A stretch of 64,000 nucleotides of DNA from Ascidiella aspersa (taxonomy: Eukaryota), in NCBI GenBank assembly GCA_963924565.1, contig OZ004608.1:12214001-12278000 (forward strand), in the 5' to 3' direction. Both the position numbers and the translations under genes were made by a program. Of the stretch, positions 12,384 to 22,105 are shown in pieces. The first letter of the stretch is position 1, and every line of letters starts with the position of its first letter. Below the pieces are notes generated by a model, which saw nothing but the letters and a program-made list of their open reading frames with translations, had not been told where the DNA came from and did no database searches.

Positions 12384-15300
12384 TTAAGAAATAATGCACC
12401 CCTCGGCTGCCGCGTTGGAAACTTTCTGCTGAAGCTCATTGAAACCTTTTTCGGCTTGTGCTAAAATACCTGCGTGACAAAGAAATAAAAATATTTTTTG
12501 GAAATTTTGTTACCATTCTAACGTTGTCATACAGCAAAAAAAAAAGTAACAAAAAATCCATTATATAACTGTATCAAAGCTTGGCTAAATCGTCACCAGC
12601 ATTTTACATTGTCAAAAAAATCGCTAAATATTGATTCTTTGTATAGGTTATAGTTTTTCTGACAAATAAATTGTGTTGAGTAAGCCGAAAATCATATTCA
12701 AAAATCCGCTATATGTCTGTTAAGCCATTTTACGCTTCTGTGGCATTTGGTTATCGGTTGTCACCTTAACCAAACAACGAGAAAAAGAAAAAATGATAAA
12801 AAGACTAATTCATATAAATCACAAAAGAGTAGTCATGTCTAGAAAGGCGCAACTTCGCTACAACTCAGAACATATATTATGTTGGTTTGCTAGTTATGTA
12901 CTAGCCTTAGTGCTGTTTGGCCAAAAGAGTAAATATTGAAAATTAGGCAAAGGCGGCGTGGATTGAGTTACAACCAGGATGACACCGTGACGGATCTGTG
13001 GGACTTGTCTGCGTTACGATGTTGGCGCTCTATTTTCGTTAAAGCTAACTTTCTTAACTGCATCAAAGCGCCCAGGCTGGAATGGGGAAAGATTTGGACC
13101 AGGGTTGCTAAACTGGGTTCCGTGGAACAATTTGGGCCCGTATAGCAGTATCAGAGGGTTCGCAATGAGAATTAGTCTCTAAGTTTTTAAACACTAGGCT
13201 TTAGCAAATGTTTTTAAAGAAAACCTTTATTAGTGTTTAGTTATGCTTATAATTAGATAATATAGCGTGTTTTATGATGTTTATTGTGACATCATACAGC
13301 ATTATTACGCTGTACTACCTGCTATCAGCGAAATCGTTCGCATCAATAAGAAACTTATCAAATTAGAAAGAATCGTGACTGCACTATAGCGTACTACAAG
13401 AAACGTGGGTCAACTGGCCCTAGATTTTTTATAGGGCCGCGAAATATCAAAATACTCGCAAAGGGTCCACCAAGCAAAATGTTTAGAAAAGTTTGGAAAC
13501 CGCTGGTTTGGACACACAAGTCCTTACCCTCATCTTCTTCTTCGGCCTCTTGTTCATCCACCGAAGGTTTCTTCGTTCTCGTAAGCCGACCCTCTGTTTC
13601 CCTCTCGCGGACAGCTTTTTCCTCGGCTTCAATCTCGTCCTTGCGCTTCAAACCATACTGTGGGCGCACAAAACGCAGTTAGACGCGGTTTAGAAACACA
13701 AAACGGTAATTTTGGAGCAAAACTAATGAAACCCGACCGTTGCAAAAGGAAAAGATAGATGATGAAAGAAATTCATGTCAAGAAAACGCAACATAAAGCG
13801 AATAACAAAAGTTGTGGTGCTGGGTGAATCCAATACTTCGAACAGTCTAATCTAAAGACTAAAACTATGGCATTTTTACCAAAAATAAAACTTTGAACTG
13901 CCAGCATGTACTGTTTTGACAAACAGAAGAAAGCGCTTGTAACAACCCTTTTACAGACAAAACTGTTGTATGATTGTGTTGATTTTGTGAATTTAATGTC
14001 CACACTTTAGCACGCCAAAAGCGAACACAGAACTCATGTCGAAATCGAATAAATAGCCATCCATCTGTTAAAAATGTATTCCGTCTTGTCACAGAGTGAT
14101 TCAAACTAAATTACAGGAAAGCTGTAGGACGCGCAGGGCAATTCGATAAGTATCGATTTTCTGCCTGGATAAGAGGCGAATTAAAGTCGAGAAGTAGGCT
14201 TTACACCAAATGGTGAAATCCTTATTTTTAGAATCGCTTGAACTAACCAAAAGACGCCCGCCTAACCCCAATGCAAATAATGAATTTTAGACGTGGCATT
14301 CTTTAACAAGTTTAAGTTTTTATTATTATTTCTAGGTGTCAAGTGAGACTTGAAACCTAGAGTTACATCTACAGAGGCAGTAAAGTGTTCACGTAAAGCG
14401 CAAAAAAATGTTATTTTGGTATAAAATTGGAGTTCACACGTCGTCATCCATACTTCTTATGAAAAGTATAATAAAACTACTTTGAGGGAACGCGATAACA
14501 TTTAATGTTAATCTAGCTCAGTGTTTGTTAAGCGTTTAAGTTAAGGTACAACTGGCGAGCGAAGCGATCGCGATTTTTTGGGTAGGCCGGTATTTCTTTT
14601 AAAGTTTTTGCAAGTTTTTATTATATTGCCGAAAATAAAAATAAATGTTAAAAAATGGATGTCCAATATTTTTTTGCGCGACGCACGCCTTCTACGGCGT
14701 AAGGGTAAAAGCAGCGTTTTATAGCAGCCTTCCACGGCTTAACGGTTAACAATCGCTGATGTACTTGAAAAGGCAGCACTGCAGCATAGTTTTATATGGA
14801 GGTTTGAGATTATTGTTATTCAATTTTCGAAAAAAATGCGGAAGCAATACAAAGACACGACCTATAATTTATAATTTAGATACGATCGTATAAAAGCTAG
14901 TGTATTCTACGTTAATAGATAACTTTATCAAAAATTAGAAGGTTAACAACTGGGCTCACTAAAGTTCGTAAGAAACTGTGGTGAAATACCCTTGACAAAT
15001 GGATTGAAACGTTTCAATTTGATAAATTTAACGTGTTTCAGCATGGTGATGACGTCATTTAGTATCGGATTAGATCGCGATACTTTTTGTATAAAATATC
15101 GGGTAATCGCAATTTAATTAAGTATCGGACATCCCTATAGTGTAGAGCAGTGGTTCTCAACCTTTTTTTCTTTCGTGGCCCATTTACGTTGCAAAAAAAA
15201 TTCTGTGGCCCAATAATTTTTTATGAAAAAAAAAACTGCAAAATAGGTTTAGAACAAAACACAGCAGAACATAATTCAAAACAGATTATTTATTCAACCG

Positions 15301-17068
15301 GGGACACTAGCGGCTGAACAATAAATTTACATTCCTTTTTAAATCCTCCCCAAGTCATTAATTTTGTAAAATTAAATATAGCCTGCACAAATAAAACTAA
15401 ATCTAGCTTTTTTGAATTGGTCTGTGGCCCACCTCAAATGTTCTTATGGTCCAACAGTGAGCCATGGCCCACTGGTTGAGAACCGCTGGTGTAGAGAATT
15501 GGGCAAGCCTCGTTATTATACTTGTATAAGCTTAAAGTTTGGGTGGCGACGAAAAACAGTTGACAAACACTGTTTTATAGAGAACCTGCTTTAAAGGTCT
15601 ATATCAGTGGTTCTTAACCGAGGTGGCGCGGCGCCCTAGTGTGCCATTTCTAATACCAAAGGGTGTCGATAGGTACTTGAGAATTTTCAAGAATTTTATA
15701 TGTGCTCAATTGGTAAGCTTCTTGATACAACTATTCGTGTGCGATTAGAGACCATTATATCAAATGACATTTTCCTACATGTTTTAAGTTGATTGTTGGT
15801 TCCAGTTAGATAAATATATATACAGGGTGGGCCAAAAGTAGGGTTAGGGTTATTCCACAGCGTTGGCTTGGAAGAGGAGGTAGCATTGAATGGCCACCAG
15901 CTCACCTGACCTGACACCAATGGATTTCTTTTTGGGGCTGTTGTAAAGAACAAGGTGTATGGGAAGAACCCCAAAACAATAAATTTATTTTTAGAACCAA
16001 ACCCTACTTTTTATAACTGTAAGCCTACTTTTGGGCCACTCTGTAGTATATAGTGACATTTCAGTAAAATACTCAACGAAAATTCCAGTCGGGGTGTCGA
16101 AATATATATATTATTTTTGAGGGGTGCCGTTAGCCATGAAAGACAGCATTCCGGTTTCACTATAACTAATAGAAGATGAAGCTCACCCTGTCTCTAATCC
16201 TCTGCCGTTCCTTTTCCCGCTCCTGTTCTGCCTTCACGTGCTTGGCTTTCCTCTCCGCTTCTTGTTCCGCCATCGCCTCCAGCTGTTCCCTCTCAGCCTC
16301 CAGCTGCTTCGGATCGGCCTCCTCCGATCCTTTGTCCATCATCTTATTCAGGTCCTTTGTCGCCCCTGGCAACATCGCGCGTGAGTTTGGTTGCTGTTTG
16401 TGTTTTTTACTTTTTTTTTTTACATAATAGTACAAGTTTAAAAATTCTAACAGTTGAAGGTTTTATTTTTATGACAAGGAGTTGCTTTGAAGTTGCTCTA
16501 ATCATGACTTGACTGGGACTTGACTTGCGAAACTCTTGATTTGGACTGGGACTTGACTTGTCATTTATTCAAAAAGACTTGACTTGGACTTAAGTCAACT
16601 TTAAATGACTTGTTTACAAAACTTTCAATCCCTTTTTGGGGAACTAAGTGGTGCATTTAAACCCGGGATGGTCGTAAATTACTGTAAACGAGTCGTTCAT
16701 GGCGTTCGTAGGCAAATGTTTGTTGTTACACCTGAATATCAGGCATATAACTATACAATGCTAAAAACTATATTTTCGCCTAACCGTCAGTCGTCGATTA
16801 CTTTATTGTTAAACACCTTTTATACAGAATAAATGTCCACGACCCCGGCATTAAAAAAAATTGCAAAACTCCAGCCGGTATTAAGTGTTTCATCACAATA
16901 ATGAGTAAGATGTCTCTTTAATTTTTAACCGACTTTTTGGCCTTCTTGCGTGAAGATTTGTACACAAAACGGCACCAGGGCCGTAATGTATAGGCTATCC
17001 ATAGAAAATATTACCACTATTCAGCGATTCAACTTACCACCAAGAGCTTGCTTGACTATAAAATCCAT
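12384..17068 (-). CDS. CPLX: Complexin (synaphin), 141 aa, C-terminal CAAX (CIIS); coding exons 17038-17068, 16187-16365, 13528-13657, 12384-12469
   Basis: It has the MDFIVKQALG|GATKDLNKMM N-terminus, the central helix EAERKAKHVKAEQEREKERQRIRDR|YGLKRK and the acidic EAEEEDE. The last exon GILAQAEKGFNELQQKVSNAAAEGCIIS* joins in phase 1. All introns are GT-AG. Confidence 0.94.
15148..15488. mobile_element. Non-autonomous hAT-type MITE, 341 bp, with intact 8-bp TSD
   Basis: The TIRs are CAGTGGTTCTCAACC / GGTTGAGAACCGCTG, with a perfect GTGTAGAG duplication at 15140-15147 and 15489-15496 and internal GTGGCCC subterminal repeats. Confidence 0.92.
15605..16145. mobile_element. Degenerate hAT-type MITE interrupted by a Tc1/mariner relic
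   Basis: The left end is CAGTGGTTCTTAACC with GGGTGTCG/GGGGTGCCG subterminal motifs. The right end GGGGTGCCGTTAGCCATGAAAGA resembles another copy at about 7162-7198 (GGGGTGCCGCTAGCCATAAAAGATTGAGAACATTG). Confidence 0.65.
15823..16043 (+). mobile_element. Internally deleted Tc1/mariner-superfamily element with transposase remnant
   Basis: TA-flanked 20-bp TIRs are CAGGGTGGGCCAAAAGTAGG / CCTACTTTTGGGCCACTCTG. The interior reads, with frameshifts, RWLGRGGSIEWPP.SPDLTPMDF..G.VKNKVYGKNPKT, the WPPxSPDLxPxDF catalytic-region motif. Confidence 0.88.
16507..16597. repeat. GACTT(G) reiterated repeat, probably a MITE subterminal array
   Basis: There are multiple GACTTGACT(T/G)G units. A related short stretch lies at about 22440-22472. 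Confidence 0.6.
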
Positions 17069-20000
17069 GATCGGGTGTTTAACACAAAATAATAATCAAA
17101 CTGAAACGACAAATGAGAAAATATTAAAGAAGGGGAATCCAACAGTGGGTAACATACTTTCATTTAAAAGGTTTTTGAAAAACAACCAGTCCAAATACCA
17201 GTCAACAGGCAATTTAAAAAGGGAAAGTAACTGCTATATATACGTGGCTTTCCATTATGTATAGAAGATTAGGAGTCCCATTAGCAGAATATCATAACGT
17301 TAAGCATAACGCTGGTAAAACTAAAAGCTGAAGGAATAGCTTTGGAACCTAAATTGTAGGCAGGAATAGTGTGTCCACACCTAAACAAATGTAAAAATTA
17401 TAATGGACATGCTATCTGGTTTGTCCGATTTAAATCTTTTTGCCAAATCCTAGATCGATGAATCAATACGTTCGACACTAGTGACTACGTTGTTTCCTAT
17501 GCGGTCGTGTTCTATCAGCAAGAGCAACTGTCCATTGATTTATCGCCAACCTCTGCTGCTGTTATCTATTTTAAAGAGGCTAAATCGTGTTTTAAGAAAC
17601 AAACTTTTAAACAGCAACGGTGCTGCTCCATATATTCCCAGCCAAGCAACATCTACCTTATTGCTGGCAAAGTTAAGGGCTGTTTCTAAGATGTTGGTAA
17701 ACCTAACCTTTTTGACGTTTAACAGCACTGCAAACATTGCCAACTAACGCAATTTGAATTTCGATGACGCCAAAGGACAGTGTTTGAAACATAAAACGAT
17801 ATACGTTATTGAGGATTCCTCTGTTTGTGAGCTAAAGGCGTCATTCGTAAATGGGGCGTAAAATTTTTATCTACGCATGGCCGAAACTCACTCAAGCCCC
17901 CCTTGAAGTTTATGTCTGTAAACTACGTAATTTTGCTTACAGGTATAAATGTTCAAATAAATCGATATGCCAATCTGCGTCTTCCTATTACTTGAAAATA
18001 GATTTCAATCGTTTACAAAATGAACACATTTAAAGGTGGTACAATATTTTCATGTCAAATATGAAGCTTCGTATGAACCGGATATGAGTGCGTTTTCAAA
18101 AGTGGATTGGCAATAAAATACCTTTTGACTACCATATAAAAAACTCAGAGTGTTTTACTCGTCTGACGTAGTTCGCCCGGTTTGTAAGCCTATATGTATA
18201 TAGTATATGGATAGCTAACAAGAACAACCTTCAAAACTAAGCATCGTCGCCATCACTTCATATCTATCTTAAAATATTCTCAATCTGAGCGGAGTAAAGC
18301 TTCTTTCTAGTGTTCTTTGTAGCGCACATTCAACTGCTACCTTGCACATCGGCTTCTGTTGCTGTCGTTGACTGAACAATAAGACGCTGCTTTGCCAGCA
18401 TATCCTCTCTGAATTTGCCTTGTGGCCCTGAATCGATGGCATTGATTTTATTTTTACGGACGACTTGATTGAGAACAGAAATAGCCAGTTGGGGTGGAAG
18501 TAAAGGAGCATGGTCCATTAAAAATGCCTATATTATCGAGTTCACTTTTGACGAAGTTAATTTGTCGACAGACTCCAAGTATAAATTAGACATATCAACT
18601 TCGGCAAAAAAAAATCAGGTTTAAATTGCGTTAATGCTGGCTGAGAGGCGCAGTGAAGCAAAACGGTGGATCTCAACACAGATACCAACGAAGTGTTTTG
18701 TTCTGCCCTCTTGACATTGAAGACGGTCATGAGCGTGAACCTGTTCAAAACTAACTTATAAGCGGCCCTACACTAAAATAACGTTAACTCACAGCTGCTA
18801 TACGTAGCCTATGATTTATTTTATGTTTTTCGGATACATCTTTTCTATAGGTTTTCCATGAGCTTCTAAAGTCTAAACTAAAACGTATCGCTGACATAAA
18901 ATGCTCTTTTTGTAAAAAGCATCAACAAACAAAGTGTAATTATTGAGAAATTTGCAGACAAGTGTAATTATTGACAAATTTTGCATGGAATTAAAAAAAC
19001 AAACGCACTATTGTAATAGCAATCCTTCTACACAGACCTTCAAAAAGAATTTTGCTTTGTCATAACGTGCAGCATCTGTCTCATATATTCTTAATGGCCA
19101 CCAAACATTTCAGCACTTTACAATGCAGGATCGATAACGTACCGCTTGGTTAATCAAGGTTAAAAGTAGCAATTTGCCTAATTGTACTTCTTCCAACGCA
19201 GATTCCCCTAGGCAATCTTGTCCTCTGCTTTACAGCTTGCAGTTAATGCAGCTAATATAAACAAATTTGGGTATTAAAGAGAATTCTCAATGGACCTATA
19301 TGGTGCATGCTTTCACCAGCGTAGTTTAACAAACTAAGGTCATAAGGGAAAACATTTTGCTGACCTAATTGTGACATTTCCCTAATGGTTATCTGTTTTA
19401 ATGACTTTGCTTTTTTGTCCTTGATCAAACAACCTAAGCAATTCTACATGTCGGTATTTGTTTTTTTATGTTATAAAGGGTTTTTATGAAGGGTTTTTTT
19501 GGCGTATGTTTTACCATTGCGCTTGACTCGAATAGTTCATTTTTCATTTTTAAACAGATAACGACATTTCTTATTTTTAACGTAGGTTAAACAATGGATT
19601 TGTTTTCCCACTGGACTGATATGTGGTTTCTAAAAATGGCATTTATATCAAATGTGTTCGTTGAACTAAAAAAAAGGAGTTTTGGGGTTTATTTAAAAAA
19701 AAAATGAAAGCTTTAAATTCCAAAAATATAAGGATTTTTTTTTATTTAACGTGCCCCTTTCTACGCAAAATTCATCTAAACTAAATTTGTGGGGACGCTG
19801 TAAGGCTTTGCTAAGACTTTCTTTGGTAAGCTTCGATGGGCTTATTTTCAAACAATCGTTGCTATTTGATTGATTGGGATAATTCCCCACAGGCTGCTGC
19901 ACATTGGCTCGACACTGAATTATTCATCTTCTCCTTATTTAGAACCTCTAGTCCTGCGTTAAGTACTTTAGGTAGTACTGACAGAGTGACGTTGACTTAA

Positions 20001-20473
20001 ATCAGTTACTTCTAGTTGTTAACCTACTGCTGTTTTTTGATAAATTTACTTTCTAAGGTGGAAATCGCTGCGTGGGATCGTAAATCGTGGCTGAAATTTC
20101 TATATTAATTATCAGGCCGGTACCGATACCAACGTAGGATAGACCAACTACCGATATTATCGCTTGACTTCGGGTATCAGCTCCAATACGACAATATCGC
20201 ACATCCCTGAATTGTAGCTATAAATAATAGCTATTGTGTCTTCGCGATAGAAAAACTTTGTATCCGCAACCCACTTCTCGATTTCGCTATACCTTCGCAA
20301 CATAATGTGGTTTGTAATTCTTCTGAAAATGTGCGCTATTTCAAGTATAAACAGAATAGATTAACGTACTTACATTTTTATTTTGCAATAAGAAACAAAT
20401 CCATATAGCGTTTTTTTAACATATTAAAAAGCCTTAACGCCGATAAGATTGAACGGTTGTTCATAGTCACGAG

Positions 20474-20652
20474 TATGGATGTCCGATAATATCGTACCTG
20501 AGGCGATAACCGACCAGTAGGATCGGGACTCAGTCGATAAAGAAGTATCGGTGCCGATCCGATACCAATTTTACATAGCAACAGCAGTGATTCTGCGTAG
20601 TAAGGTAAATTTGTTGGGCCTTGGAATCGGAATAGAGTACCGGACATCCCTA
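20474..20652. mobile_element. MITE with TAGGGATGTCCG-type termini and ATCGG/CCGAT internal repeats
   Basis: The ends are TATGGATGTCCGAT..CGGACATCCCTA. Further family ends occur at 15121-15138 (AGTATCGGACATCCCTA) and about 20115-20208 (CCGATACC..ATCGCACATCCCT). Confidence 0.7.
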
Positions 20653-22052
20653 TTCACGAGTCAAAGAAATATCGCATTTTGAAGGAACTCCAAGGAACTC
20701 CAGCAAATAAGACCGAAATTCGAACATTAACGTCGGAATAACACCCGTATTAGGAATAAGACAAAAATTAGAATAACAGTAAAGTTGGAAAATATCTCCT
20801 TTACAAGGACATCACCTTTAACAGGATTGGAATCTAACAGTTAACAACGTCACAAGGTTACGCCGAAATGAGAAGTCATTAACAAGTAACCTTAAGAAAC
20901 CTTCTGTCTAAAATAAAAAAATAAGTTCAAAGGGCAGTGTCAGGGCGTTTTTTCATTTGTCTTAAACATTGTGGCTTAAGTCTTAACTATAAATTTAGGA
21001 GACATGACGGCATTTTGTAAGATGTATAAGACAAACAACGTTTAAGACACCTTAATCGCAGAGCTATATCCAAGCAAAAGCATGAAGCGCAAAACACCAA
21101 ACTGTGCGTTTATTTTGAAACAGGTTAAACGTTACTTACAATATCAAAGTTTGAGTCGCATTGCAAAACAAATTTCGAACGGTATGCTTCAACTTAATTA
21201 ACTTGGCTGAAATTGCATTTTAGAAATAATCTTCCCCTTTAGCCTATAAATAATGTTTTGTGGGTCATGGCCCGAGCAACGAAGCGGTTATTTTTCGAAA
21301 TTGCAAAACGTTTCCAGACACACTGAAACACATGGTTTAACATAACTCAAGTCTCGTTTATTTAAAAAAACGTGCAATTTAAAGCTCCCAAATAATAGAA
21401 GGTTACAGAAATAAACCTCAAAGGGTTATTGGAACCTCATTTAAAAGAAAAAAATGTATATAATTTATTGTTGGGTCGTCGAATGTAGTATAGTGTGTTA
21501 AATTTGTTGAGGTTGGTCCAGAGTCGATTTATTTTTAATTTGATAAAACTGCACAAGCAATACGAAGATAGGGCTCATATTAAGTTGATAACGTATTTAT
21601 GCTATTATCTTATTTGTATTTTGTTTACTTTGAGCTAACATAATCTTCAGCATATACAATTGGGTCGCAAAAGCTTTTCTCTTAATAACGCTGGTTCGCC
21701 GCAAAAAATGTTGAGAAACACTGAATCACGTATTTTGCGTGAATCGATAACATTTCTATAAATTGTGGCCATTGTTCCGTAAGCAACACCCAACTAACTT
21801 AAAACTTTATCAAGATAAAATAACTGTTTGCTTTTTTGCTTGAAAACTTTTTACGTGATCTTAATTGTGCAGTATTTTACAGTTGTGTGTGTAATTGCAT
21901 TCACAATTTGTTGGCCCGGAACATCTGGATAAATATCCTTGTTTTGACCAATGTGGCAATATTTTGTGCTGCTCTAACTGTATGCTTACCACCGAAAAGC
22001 CATCGCAGACTCGCCGAATCTGTCGATCTATGATGCAAGCAGAGCAAGCCAG

Positions 22053-22105
22053 AAAAACAACTGGCCTGCAGTGAGGTTCGAACTCACGACCTCCGGTCAA
22101 GCCGG
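22053..22105 (-). other. tRNA 3'-half-like fragment (B-box/T-arm) followed by an oligo-T tract; SINE head or tRNA pseudogene
   Basis: The minus strand reads GAGGTCGTGAGTTCGAACCTCACTGCAGGCCA-GTTGTTTTT, with a T-stem GTGAG/CTCAC and TTCGAAC loop. There is no complementary 5' acceptor strand or good D-arm upstream. Confidence 0.6.

Noticed and set aside
12960-13100. Minus-strand acceptor-like tract (tctttccccattccag) as an alternative last exon of complexin
   Set aside because: In the required phase it adds only AWAL before a stop, with no similarity support.
17300-20000. Possible decayed retroelement or transposase coding sequence (short ORFs, a CINCK-like peptide)
   Set aside because: I could not assemble any diagnostic motif by eye. 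A translated search (tBLASTx or HMMER against TE proteins) would be needed.
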